DNA of 64,000 nucleotides, from NCBI GenBank assembly GCA_048128005.1, contig JBEUKZ010000031.1, positions 186,001 through 250,000 of the forward strand, in the 5' to 3' direction. Shown piece by piece: positions 13,190-26,500 of the stretch. Below the pieces are notes generated by a model. That model saw only the letters and a list, made by a program, of their open reading frames with translations. It did no database searches and had not been told where the DNA came from. Position 1 is the stretch's first letter, and each line of letters begins with the position of its first letter. Source of the DNA: Veleropilina oligotropha. Its lineage: Eukaryota. The translations under genes and the position numbers were made by a program.

Positions 13190-14000
13190 TGCTGGTTTGC
13201 ATTTATAATCCTCATGGTCTTGCTTTTCAATCGGTTGATTTTAAGTCCCACCCTTTTTGGCGTTATCCACAAGTCTTTGTATTTCCCAGCATGTGCTGTT
13301 TGCTATTACTGAGCAGGGCAATATCATCGGCGATATTCAGGTCATCTAATTTGGTGGCAAACTTCCATCGTATTTTTGTGTCTCCATCTCACTGGTTTCC
13401 TCACAATCCAATCTATCACATCCCAGACATGTTGCAGCTCTATTTTACACCAGTAGGGTTTCCTCCAGAAATAATAAAGTGCGTGTGTGTGAGAGGGTGT
13501 CCTTGGGTCAACGATGCGCGGGAACTTGAAGTTCCCCAGCGCGTACGGTAAATCTATTTTCTCAACTCTGAAATGGCCTCTCATGGGTTCTAAGAGCGCA
13601 AAAGTTTACTGATTAAATGCAAAAGTGGTGGGGGCCTAACCCCCTGGAGGAAACCCTGCAAACCATGATGTTGCTTCGCCTTCATCAATTACGGCGCAAT
13701 CCGTCGTAAATCATTTTCATCATATTCACAATCTTCTGGGGCACTCCGTAGCTAGCTAAGATGTTCCATAAGCTTTCTCGGTGTATTGGGTCAAATACCT
13801 TTTCAAAATCTATAAAAGTTATATATAATGTCGCTTGCCATTCGTTGACCTGTTCGATGATGTTGCATAATATATGAATACCTGTTCCGTTGCACTTCTT
13901 CCTGTCCTTTACCCGGCTTGTTCTTTCCGTATGTTTCTTCCGACTCCTGAGTATTCTGCCTAGTATCTTACTAGTGATTGGAGGTAGTGTAACCCTCTCC
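13190..14000 (-). mobile_element. RTE-clade LINE reverse transcriptase fragment (degenerate)
   Basis: NIIEQVNEWQATLYITFIDFEKVFDPIHRESLWNILASYGVPQKIV, and downstream a DLNIADDIALLS-like motif. Frameshifts and an internal insertion are present. Confidence 0.8.
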
Positions 14001-14509
14001 AATTTTTAACTTATATATCTTGTATATTTATATAACTTATATACTTATATAACTGCCAGCCAGGTACTCATTCAGACCAGATGGATGGGCCGAAGCAAAT
14101 ATATGCTTATTTCCTTGCTCAAGTGTAATCACGAGGCAAATGCGAGACTCTGTAACCAGAGTTCTGTGAAATACAACTGGGGCACGACGGTACACATTAC
14201 GATTATTCTTTCTACCCTGTACGACAGGAGACATATATCGAGAGAATAATAAACGTTCCCAACATCAAACTACGATATTTTAAAAGAGATGCGTCGTGTT
14301 AATAAAAACCGCAACAAAATGTCAATCGGTATACCTTTTTTAAACCCGCTGTAGCAAAAATAACTGTCTGAAAATGCAATGCCGGACAGAACAGTTTTGC
14401 TGTTCAACCAGTTGCATAACGCCATGATGGAAAATATTTGCTGAGAGAAAATGAAATATATTTGTAACTAAACAACTCTTTAATCTCGGAGGAAGCTGAT
14501 CCATATATC

Positions 14510-14785
14510 GCTATGATGTATAGTATTAGGAATAACCTAACCAACCACCGTTGTCAACAATGCATCATAGCAATCCATTCCATCACCAGAGGACAAGACT
14601 CCCGAATGCTGCAACTACACTGCCACGCAGCATCCTATAGACGCCAACTCTCTTTCCGAGAACCAACCGAGATTGGAACAATTTGCATATGGACCCCCTC
14701 ACCGCGCCATCACTTGATAGCTTTAATTAAGTTGTCACTGACGAATGAAGTTGCTCTACATTACGTCGTGCCAGAATAGTAAGGT
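14510..14785 (+). mobile_element. 3' remnant of an L2/Daphne-like LINE
   Basis: Degenerate SxFPRTxxDWNxL-like coding (tctctttccgagaaccaaccgagattggaacaatttg). Confidence 0.45.
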
Positions 14786-15133
14786 CGTAACGTGGTTTTT
14801 ACAGTTTTACAGGATAGCCAAAAAACATGTTTTCATTTGTCACTAATTTGTTCCTGCAACTTTGGGGACAGTAATCCGCCAGTGTAATATATGAAAAATT
14901 CGTAGTTCACTGATTAATTTTAGACCGTTTTGAGGTTTATTTGTTGAAATATAAACGCTTTATCAGATACGACCTTATGAGATTATCGCTTTTGTCTCTC
15001 ATAATGTCTCAAGTGGGCAGTTAGGACATTATGCTATGGATAAACAAAATAGGACATAAGTATAAATGTCACATACGACCTTTTTAGCTTCACCACCGTC
15101 ACATTTGGAGTCATAATTGTAGACATACGACCA

Positions 15134-15549
<416 letters not shown>

Positions 15550-15894
15550 AAAATAACATCATCCTTGGCCGTCGCCAGAAATGTGTATATATTTTATAAA
15601 TTGAAAGTTGAAATATGTTTTCACCTTTTAAATCAGCATCAACCACGACAAAATATGAGCAAAAGCGACAAATACGGACCATAAGCTGGAGCACATGTAA
15701 TATTTCTTGACAAAAGGGGGAAATTACTGATTTTAGTATTAAAGTCACCCCTCTTGTTATACAGCTTGAATGTTCCATCTACTTTTTGTATTGGAGTTGT
15801 TGTACAGCGTTGGTCATATTGGGAAATTTCTCAGGGTATGCCTAATTGGTGACACCACCAGCAAGTAGTGAAGTTCACTACCGAAGTAGTGAAA

Positions 15895-16259
15895 AGAAAA
15901 GAAAGGGATCGATGCTTAATGTCCTGTATATTTCCAACCATCATTTGATTCAAACCAGGGCCCAAGATTATAAAGGTTTGCTCCTGGTGACTGTTTCGTA
16001 CTCAAATCAGAACTCTTGGTCATTCCAGAGTCTGGGCTGAGTTTCATAGAGTCTTTATAATCTTGGGCCCAGGACATGTCTGTATTATCTCTGGAGGAAA
16101 ACCCGCCCTCTTCGACCAGTCACGGACAACTTTGATTCATAACTTGAACAAATGTGTGATGCCTCAGCCAAGGGTCGATCCCACTACTGTTCGCGTCAGC
16201 GGAATCAAGTCAATGATTTTCGGAATCCACAACCGTACCACTGCACTGTCGAAGCGGCC
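15895..16259 (-). mobile_element. tRNA-derived SINE copy interrupted by a MITE
   Basis: Reverse-complement match to the SINE consensus on both sides of 15959-16069. Confidence 0.8.
15959..16069. mobile_element. PIF/Harbinger-type MITE (CAG target duplication)
   Basis: CAG|ggcccaagattataaag ... ctttataatcttgggcc|CAG. Perfect 17-bp TIR; removing the element restores the SINE sequence. Confidence 0.75.
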
Positions 16260-16888
16260 TACCTAAGTAGTGAAATTCACTACTTATTTTTCTCAGTGTA
16301 CTCATGAAAACAAAAATTGTATTTGGGCCACTTTTCCGATATTGGAAGTAATGGATTTTGCCCCATTCCACATTGGTATCGTCTTCTGCAGTACTTCTGT
16401 TGGTTATCACCTCTTTGGCAAATGTATTGAAATCCAAAACATTTTCAAGTGCTTTGTCTTCTTATTGCGGTGACTTTTTTTGACTAATATAACTACGTAG
16501 ATTTCTCTATGGTGGCATGGACGCTATTGTCTCCCATCTGCCAATTCCCGGATTCAAAGTCCTTATTGCTGATCACATGTATTGGCAGCGTATTGATGCT
16601 GAGACACATTGCGGAAAACGCTATGTTTCTTTGATGCCCAGTGAGTACATGTATCACTGTAATAAATGACCTCGTCTAAATCACCAAGAGCTTGATTCAA
16701 TTGTACTGGTAGAGGCAGGAAGAAATACCATTATTACCTCGGTTTCATTCTACATGAAACGTTGCTTTTCTGGTAGCCATGCCATAGATAGAAGTTATAA
16801 GTTGCGACTGTATTATATGTCTGATACATTGGTGTTCGGGGTTAGTAATACCCTTTGCAAGTCAATATTTATGGCTCGGATCTTCTGG

Positions 16889-17106
16889 AATGGCCGCATC
16901 GACAGCCGTGTGGTTTCGGTTGTGGACTTCGAAAAATCACTGGCTTGATTCCGCTGACGCGGACAGTAGTGGGTTCAAACCTCGGCAGGGACATCACACA
17001 TTTGTTCAAGTTATGAATCACAGTTGTCCGTAACTAACATGTCCTGCTTTGAACCAAATGATGGTTGGAAATATATACAGGACATTAAGCATCGACCCTT
17101 TCCTTT
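16889..17106 (+). mobile_element. tRNA-derived SINE copy with internal deletion and ~13-bp TSD
   Basis: SINE head and tail present. Flanked by tcggatcttctgg (16876-16888) and tcggagcttctgg (17107-17119). Confidence 0.8.
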
Positions 17107-17751
17107 TCGGAGCTTCTGGCTGTTTTTAAATGAGCGTTCCTTTTCTTGTTCCTTCATTTTTTTTGCTTGCTGTTTTCTATTTTCATGAGCTACAAACTTT
17201 TCCTTGTTTTGCAGCTACTCATCGGGTGTCATGTTGGTGAACGCATCGCAAAATGAACATTTATCTTTCTTTGAAACGTGAAAGCCAAGGTAGAGAAGAG
17301 TGTTTCATACATATGATAATTTTGAGCTGCTCCATTATCTTTTTGGCATTTCTCTTTGGAGATGTTGTACATATTCCTGATTGATAGTGATTTTTTCAGA
17401 TACCTTTTGTTTGAGATCTTCCTGCAGTAATGTTATTCGCCATCATAAAATGATGAGATGCGATCTATAATAAATACCGGCTCTTCATCTGATGGTCTTG
17501 TCACTATAGCCTCTTCCCCCCTTTCATTAGATACCTGGTAACTGGGCGATTTGCCTATTACTCTATAATTTACTGTTCGTTCTTTAAGATCCAGGAACTC
17601 TCTGTCTCTGTGGGCAGAAAATACTCAATTGTATTTTCTGCGAGATTGGTCATTCGTTCATGTTTGTACATATCGATCGGTTGTCCTTTTAAAGGAAGTG
17701 GTTTTAACCAAGTCAGTTTGTCGATCACGGCTGCCTGTGCCCCAATAAGAA

Positions 17752-19190
17752 GGAAGTTTGCCTGATGACTGGAAAATTGGTAATATTACCCCAATCTTTA
17801 AGAAGGGAAGTAGGTCAAACACCCAAAATTATCGACCTATTAGTCTGACATCAATAGTAGGCAAGATCATGGAATCTATCTTAAAGGATGCTATTTTACA
17901 ACACATTAATAAATTTGACTTGCTAAACCTTAGTCAGCATGGGTTTATGGCGAAACGGTCTTGTTTAACCAACTTACTGGAATTTTTTGAAGATGTAACA
18001 ACCGCCATAGATACGGGCAAACCAGTTGATATAATATATCTTGATTTTCAAAAGGCATTCGACAAAGTACCACATAAACGGCTGATACAAAAATTAAGTA
18101 ACCATGGTCTGAAAGGTCCAATATTAAACTGGATAAGGATGTGGCTAGCAAATAGAAAACAGAGGGTTGTAATAAATGGGATCAAGTCAAAGTGGGAGCC
18201 GGTACTAAGTGGAGTCCCACAAGGTTCTGTTTTGGGCCCATTGCTGTTTCTTATATATTTAAATGACATTGATGACGTCATTACGTCTCTTGTAAAAAAG
18301 TTTGCAGACGATACCAAATTGTACAGAATTGTTGAAACTGAAGAAGATGCAAAAACACTTCAAAGTGATTTAAACAATCTGGTAAAATGGTTAGAGGATT
18401 GGCAAATGCTTTTTAACACCAGTAAATGTAAGGTATTGCATGCGGGTTATAACAACAAAAGTTTCAATTATAAAATGGGTTCAGATACCTTAGAAGTAGT
18501 AACAAAAGAGAAAGATTTGGGTGTATGGGTAGACAATACGTTTAAACCATCAAATCAATGTGCAGAATCAGCTAAAAAGGGAAATCAAATATTGGGAATG
18601 ATAAAGAGAAACTTTAATTTTAAATCCAGAGTCATCATAACACGCTTATACAAGCAAATGGTTAGACCGCATTTAGAATATGCAGTGCAAGCATGGAGCC
18701 CATATCTTGCAAAGGATATCAAAATTCTTGAACAAGTTCAAAGAAGAGCCACAAAATTGATAGGCGAATTGAGAGAATTACCTTATGAGGATAGACTAAG
18801 AGCACTTAACCTCACAACATTGTCTTTGAGAAGGACACGGGGGGATATGATTCAGGTATTTAAAATGTTTACAGGAAAAGACAATGTTGACAGTACTTTC
18901 TTTTTTCAGATGAACCAAAGACCGACCAGGGGCCATAAATACAAAGTTTACAAAAAAAGATTCCGACTCGACGTTAGGAAACACTTTTTCTCAAATCGGG
19001 TTGTCGATGAATGGAACAGTCTTCCTAGTAATGTAGTAGATTCAACATCTGTAAACCAATTTAAAAACCGCATAGATGATTATTTTAAGAAACAGGGCAG
19101 GCTATAGATGACCAGAAACGACAATGGGTTTTAATATGAGTGGCAGTAATGCACTTCCTAAACCCAAACAAATTCTATTTAAATATTTAA
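17752..19190 (+). mobile_element. 5'-truncated CR1 LINE with uninterrupted RT-to-C-terminus ORF (17758-19107, 449 aa)
   Basis: NYRPISLTS, QHGF, YLDFQKAFDKVPH, SGVPQGSVLGPLLF, KFADDTK, VRPHLEY, FFSNRVVDEWNSLP. Short 3'UTR ends in an ATTT-type tail. Confidence 0.93.
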
Positions 19191-19449
19191 AAATCATATT
19201 GTCGATTCACGCCGGTGAAGTTTTCGTAACAGCGAAATTGCCATCGATATCGGCATTCACGAACATGTCTCTCTTCCACCTGTTTGCCTTTTGTCCCTGA
19301 TATAAGCATGACCAGCATTGCGTGACGTCTTCCGCACATTGCATTACTACTTACTAGGATCTCGTTATGTCAGTCTGTAGTTTACTTTTCTTTACAGTTT
19401 GATGTGTTCGAATCGTTGTCTTTTCGGTATGATCAGCTCCTGTATTACT

Positions 19450-22400
19450 GACTATATCAGCAACACTTATAGTTGCCGTTGATTAGTTCTTATTAGTTAG
19501 GAAATGTCCAATCACTGACGTCCTGACAACAACTCTTTCTTGTATGGTATCGTCTGAATCTTACGTGAAGTCGTCAACATGTATGCATTTCCTCCCTGAA
19601 GATTTCTTCTCTTTCATTGGGTCACATGATAATGACCCTTGATGATCATCCAGATGATTCGTAGTCTTCCTCAAAGTTCAATAACCGATCCCATCTGACT
19701 AACGCCATCAAAGGAAGATCATCTTCACTGCTGTTATATACAGTTTGTGCTTCCGTCGATAACGGTACAGATATGCCCACTTCCATACCACATGAATCTG
19801 CTGTTGAACGGTCATCGGGCGGTTTATTATTATCATTAATCGGGACAGATTAAGAGCCCTGCATAATACTGATTTCAATCACAAGGTCTGAATCATTATT
19901 TATTGCCAGTAGAAGCTCAGGTGTGCTTTCATGACAACTATTTGGGATATTGTTAACACATTGTCTTCTGTACACATTACCATGGCTTTTTATTTGTTAT
20001 AAACAATCTGACATTTGGAACCTCTACCTCTGCACAGCATGTGTTGATGTATTCTGAGTTGTCTAAGTATATTCACACGTCAACTCTATATTCAGTTTCG
20101 ATTCCAGTTTGTGAATATTCATTATGTCAACGACATCCTTTTTTATCGGAAAGGTCTTCATTATTCACTGTCACGTGATGTATGTGCTCTTATGTTGTGC
20201 CATGAGCATGTTCGCTCTTCTTTTCTGTATTACGACTATGTTCATTCACAATCATTTTTTCTTGGCCATTTTGGAACTCTGTAGTCGGTAAAATTTCTTC
20301 TTGTCCACAATCACTGTCTGCAAAAGTATTATCTATTAAATCTTCCTGATGGGCATCATGGTCATGTTCTGCCTGTGTCTTTGTGCTATGGTCAGGTTCA
20401 ACTAGTACTATTATTTTAACTCTATTGCTATTCTCAACCATGTATATTATCTTCCTCCAGTTCCTGCTCACACTTCTCGTCGCATTCTCGATCGTTCACT
20501 GTCATTTCATCCAGATCATCCGCGCTTCTTTAATTCTTGAAGATTTGGATTACGTGTCAATGTGCGCAGACCAAAGTCCCCATCTGGATCGACTTTACCC
20601 TCTTGTTCAGGTTTTACCTCTTAGTAGTTTTCGTTCCCAAGTGTTGCTTACTAGATATATCTTTCTCAAGTGTTGCTTCCAGCATCTGTTTAACGTAAAT
20701 CCTGTTTTCTGTCACCGCAACTGCCTTTGTATTTGTCGTCTTAATGTATCTGCTTCCTGATGGCTGTTGTTTTCTGATGTTTCCTCATGACCGTGTTCAT
20801 TCTCATCTTTTGCTTTATTGTTTTCATTGAACGGTGCGACATATTCCTTTTCTTGCATTTGTTTCTTGATGGCTTTCATTCTATGGTGTTGCTTCTTAGA
20901 CATTGGTGCTTTTCTTTTCCAGGCCCTGTTCATTATGGATCACTATTTCAGTTACCACAACATTCTCTATATCATTTTTTCCTAACGTATTTTCTTCCTT
21001 TTTTCTAATGGCATCTGGCGTTGATTCCAAGCTTTGTCCACACTCAACATTTCCTTCAATTTTGTTTTCATCGTGTGTTACCACTTCTTTATTAAGTTCC
21101 CTCTCTATCTTTGAACCAACCCTTTGTCCTGCATTAACTTCTTCGAGATTGTCGTTCTCAGGTGAAGCTTCCTTGCCATATTGGTGCGTTTCCTTTTCGG
21201 ACATTGCTTCCAGGCCCTGTTGACCATAGACCTCTACTTCATTTACCACACCCACGTGTAAATCATGCCGTATTAACGTATTTTGTATGTTCTTCCCTGT
21301 CGCCGTTGGTATCTGGAGTTCTTTCCAAGCTTTGTCGACACGCAACATCTCATTCATATTTGTTAGCATCGTCTGTTATCACTTTTTTTTCAGGTTTCGT
21401 CTCCATCTTTGAATCAATTCTCCTTTCATCATTTGCTTCTTCGTTATTTTCGTCCTCTGGTGTATCTTTATGGCCATATTTTCGTACATTACTTCCAGAC
21501 CCTGTTGACCATAGACCTCATCTTCATTTGTCTCATCCACGTGTGTATCATGTCGTCTTTACGAATCTTCTTTCCTGTGGTTGTTGGTATCCAGTGTTGC
21601 TTCCACGCTTCATTTTTCTTTTCATTGTGTGTTATCACTTCTTTCCGTATCTATCTTTGAACAAATCAATCTTCCAGCATTTCAGTCCTCTTTTGTAGCT
21701 TCCTGTCCATATTGGTGAGTTTCTTTTCGGACATTGCTTTCAGATCATGTTCAATTACCGCATCCACGTGTACATCATGTCGTCTTAACGTATCTTCATT
21801 CCAATGGCTGTTGGCATTTGAAATTGCTTTCTAACTTTGTCAGCACTCAACATCTCCTTCATATTTGTTTTCAGTATCACTTCTTTATCAGGCTCAGTCG
21901 CTATCATTTTTCTGCATTTGCTTCTTCGTGATTTTCGTCTTTTGACGTTGCTTTCTAACCATATCGGCCTCTTCGGTTGCATACTCCCAAAATCACTGGC
22001 TTTATTCCGCTGAAGCGAACAGTAGGGGGTTCGAATATCGGTTGGGACATTATTTGTACAAGTTATGATTCACAGTTGTCAGTAACTGGTCGGAGAGGGT
22101 GTGTTTCCCCGGGCGCGCTGGCTATCCTACCGCGATAATATGAACATGTCGTGCTTTGAATTTAATGGTTGGAAATATACAGGACATTAATTAAGCATCT
22201 TTATTTCCTAAAAATATCAGTAAGTTTCTTTTCGGCCATTTCTTTCATGCCCAGTTCTCAATAGACTTCTTCTTCCTTTACCGCATCCACATGTGAATCG
22301 TGTGTCTGCTACCTATAGACTATTGTTTTTGAAGTTGCGTTCTCGCGATATTCACACACAATCTCTGCTTCGATTTTGTCTTCATTTTGTGCTACCAGTT

Positions 22401-23265
22401 CGTTTTGAGGTTCCGTTTTTCTATTTGTCCCATACTCACCTATTGCGTTTGCTTCTTTGTGAATGTCGTTCTCTGATGTTGGTTCCTGCATGGTGCGTTT
22501 CTTTTTCATAATTTGCTTGCAGGATCTTCTGATCATAGACCTCTACTTCAATTACATCTGTATCATGTTGTCTTAATGCATCTTCTTTCTCATGGCTGTT
22601 AGCATACTTATTGTATAGCTTCCCCGCTTTGTTCACACGAAATATCTCCTACAGTTTTGTCTTCATCTTTAGCTATCACTTCTTTATCAGATTTCGACTT
22701 GATCTTTAAACCAAACATCTTGTAGGCCTAACTGCTTCTCTGTGGTTTTCGTTCTTTTTTTGTTATATTCAGGATGCATTGGTGTATTTCATTGTCTGTC
22801 GTTGCTTCCAGGCCCTGTTGACCGTACATCCCTGCTTCTGTTAACGCATTCACGTGTACATCATGTCGTCTTAATGCATCTGATTCATGATGGCTGTAGT
22901 TTACTTCGGTTACTACTTCGCTATGGCCACACAAATACTGTCTGCTTCGCTTTTGTGCTTCTTCTCTTTGAGACCCCATCTCTACCTTTGTCCCATGTCC
23001 CTCTCTTGCTTTTTCTTTCCCGTTGTTTTCGTTCTTTTGTGTTATTTAATGATTGTGTTGGTGATTTTCTCTTTCTGGCATTGCTATATGGCCTATTCAA
23101 CACCGACTCCTACGTCTGCTACTTCATCCATCAGCTTATCATATTGTTTTAATGTATCTGGTGTTACTTTTTCGCCATGTTCAAACTCTTCTAATGTTTC
23201 CACATGTCCACTGGGCCGTAACAGCTTGTCTCCAAGTACACAGTTTCATATATCGACTTCCATTA
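19450..23265 (-). pseudogene. Decayed Glu/Lys/Asn-rich coding-like region with an internal peptide repeat; possibly the N-terminal part of the Sola element ORF
   Basis: Many broken minus-strand ORFs with recurring RHDxHVxxxxExEVYGQQGLE...ETHQ. Interrupted by a SINE at ~21965-22210. Confidence 0.45.
21965..22210 (+). mobile_element. tRNA-derived SINE copy (diverged)
   Basis: aaaatcactggc...ttccgctga...gggttcgaat...aaatatacaggacattaa matches the consensus. Confidence 0.75.
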
Positions 23266-23552
23266 ACAAAAATATCATATGTTACCTGCTGCAATGTAAA
23301 GGATAATTGGTCTTATATGCCACTTTTGAGTGTTTTGGCCTTGTATTTTCAGTGAGCTTTTGTCGTAACTGTCACTTACGACCAAATGATATTCATATTT
23401 TGAGAAATATTTTGTAGCAACTGGCCATTTACTACTTTGCGCCTGAGATTTTCATCAAGTTAAAAGGTCGTATCTGTCAGATATGACCTTCTTACTCGGA
23501 CAAGCCCTCATTTAAGACGTTCTTAGTTTGAAAATCTTTGAACCCACATATG

Positions 23553-26500
23553 CTGGGCCGGATCCAGGGGGGGTCCAGGGGTCCCTGGGACCCCCCAAGG
23601 CTCTGCAGGGTGGGTCCTGGAACCCCCCCGTCCATATAAAAAAAAATCATAATATAAATAAATGTAAAACTCAAACAAGTAAAAACAAACAATAAATCAT
23701 AATATAAATAAATGTAAAAAAGTCTCCAGTTAAATGTGTTATGTACATAATTGTATATAGTTTTAAGTATTAATTGCCACTGATGACATGTCATGATGTA
23801 ATGTATTACACAAGTTACACAATGACCCATTCGGCACCCCCTAATGTTGTTGCTGTTACCGTGCCAGGAGGCTGGAGCCGAACAGTACTGCCTGTTCTAA
23901 ATATAGCGCTGAATATTTCCAACAAAAAACATGATTGTCATCATGGTTGTGAGTCAGAGCTATATTTAGAACAAGATTGAGAGATCTGTGGCAGTGCTGT
24001 CCTAAATATAGCGCGATGTTTTTTCTGAAATTCAGATATTTAATAGCATTGATACTGTCAAATTATTTAGTCTCATGAAAGCATTTAATCCATCAGGACA
24101 CATTCACAATCATGTCACGTAAAAGGATACAAACAACACTGGCCAGTTTTCTGAATGCAAAGGTGCCCAAAAACAGAATTTCCAGGTATTTGACTTGTGT
24201 TACAATATGGCATATTTAAGTACTGAGTCTGTTGTTAATAAGTATTATGTTTAATAATTGAAATATTAAATAATATATTAGGCCTACTTGTTAGTGTCAA
24301 TGTACTCAAGCATTAAGAGTACTCCATTCGAAATTTCACCAGTTACGATGATGAGGTAAATACTTCCATTGCGAAATCAATGGTATTTTTAATTAAATCG
24401 ATCGTCATATTCTCTTTGTGTATACATTCGTGATATGTCATTGTTTGTTTGCCACCCAATGAATTGTCAATATTAATTTATAGGGTCCCTATAGCTGCTT
24501 CGTGTCCGCCGACTGCTTCAAGTTCGCCGACTGATTCGTGTTTGCCGACTGATTCGTGTCCGCCGACTGCTTCAAGTTCGCCGACTGCTTCAAGTTCGCC
24601 GACTGATTCGTGTTTGCCGACAGCTTCGAAGTGCCCTCCGACTGCTGCTTTGTGTCTTCCGACTGCTGCTTCGTGTTCGCCGACTGTTTATTCGTGTCCT
24701 CCGCGAGAACATGAAATTAGTGATCAGCACGACATTGGGTCGTTCCTCTCATGCGTAAATAACATGCCATCTGCAATATCGGACAGTGATAAGTATCAAC
24801 TATTAACCAACCATGCTGTCCCTGATGAGCACACAGTTTTCCCAGTTAATAAACAGCATGGTCGCTCTCGCACATTCCAAAAACAATGGTTAACCAAATA
24901 TCCTGGGCTAGTTTATTCCCCGCAGCTCCAAGGGGGTATTTGCATATATTGTGCCCTGTTTGGTCAACATGAAGGGGCCTGCGTGCTTGTGAAGCGTGCA
25001 TACGTCGAAAACTATCACAAGTCTGCATCAGTACTTGGGAAACACTTTGAAGGGAAAGACGGGAGAGGAAATCAATTCCACGTGAAAGCTGTTGTGAGGG
25101 AATGGAGTTTAAACGGGTAATATCGGGCAAACAAGAGTCAGTGAACATACAAGTGAACACAGCTGTTCAAAAGAAAGTACAAGCCAACAGGGCAAAACTC
25201 CGATCTATCATTAAAGCTATTTTGTTTTGTGGAAGACAAAATATTGCTCTGAGGGGGCATCGTGATGACAAACGGCACATAAATGACCCTGAAGGAAATC
25301 CAGGCAATTTTCAAGCGTTGCTCGATTTCAGAGTGGATTCTGGAGATAAAATCCTCCAAGACCATTTTTCGACTGCATCAAACCGAGCCACATATAGATC
25401 GAAGACTACTCAAAATCAGCTCATTTCTCTGTGTGGCAATTTTATAAGGGATCAGATTTTAGCGGAGGTTCGACTTTCGGGCTGGTATACAATTTCAGCG
25501 GATGAGGCAACCGATAATGCCAACCATGAGCAGTTAACTCTGGTCTTACGTTTCTGTGATGAACATAGCAATATCAGAAAGGAATTCATGGAGTTTGTCG
25601 TTTGTCACAGTACTACAGGAGAAAATCTTGCGGATATAATAATCAAAAAGATAACAGAAGACTGGAACCTACCAATGGAAAAGTGTCGAGGCCAAACCTA
25701 CGATGGGGCAGGAAACATGGCCGGATCTCAGCGCGGAACTGCTTCACGCATACAGCGACAATATCCAAAAGCTATATACACGGACTGTTTCAGTCACAAG
25801 CTTAACCTAGCAGTTGTAAAAACGATGACCATATCAGATGTCCGTAACATGATGGATACTGGAGACAAGTTAGTGCGATTCTACAAGAATTCTCCCTAAC
25901 GTCAGCACAATTTAGAAACATGGATAGATGAAACATGGAGAAGGCGAAAAGAAAAAACTTAAGGAGCTATGTAAAACGAGGTGGGTTGCCAGGCATGATG
26001 CCTTTAATGTTTTCATCGACCTTCACGAGGCTATTGTGAATTCTTTGCAAGACATAAGTACACACGCCCAGGAGTGGTACAGGCCTAGTATCTCAGACGC
26101 ACAAGGTCTACTCACAGCCATCACACAATTCCAATTTATAGCTGCCCTGATGTGATTGCATATGTTCAACCGATAAGCGTGAGCCTTCAGTCTCGTATAA
26201 TGGACATAGTTAAGGCAAACAAGCAAATAAAGCATGTAATTGCTGCACTCGTTGACATCAGGGGTAAGATCGACGACTTCCACCACACGCTATTCCAAGG
26301 AATTACCACCATGGCCCAAACGGTAGGCGTCGAACCATCCCGACCACGTATCTGTGGACGTCAGAGAAATCGCGCTAATGCTCCAACAATTGACATCGAA
26401 GAGCATTACAAAATTAATCTAACTATCCCTGTTGTTGACCAACTCATCGCATCATTGCAAGACAGATTTGGAGAACAACAAGTTAATGTGACACGTGCAT

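Larger units (their letters stand above)
16270..19450 (-). pseudogene. Fossil Sola-type DDD transposase, interrupted by a SINE (16889-17106) and a CR1 (17752-19190)
   Basis: Ordered degenerate motifs on the minus strand: RNAGHAYI, HYCRKISNKRYL...MY, LGFHVxKKDKCSFCD, IDLQRVLLTP, YSDTC..QRN, ESGNWQMGDNSVHATIE, VEWGKIHYFQYRKSGPNTIF. Many stops and frameshifts. Confidence 0.7.

Noticed and set aside
20383..23306. Plus-strand Phe/Leu/Ser-rich ORFs as membrane proteins
   Set aside because: Antisense shadows of the purine-rich minus-strand coding-like sequence.
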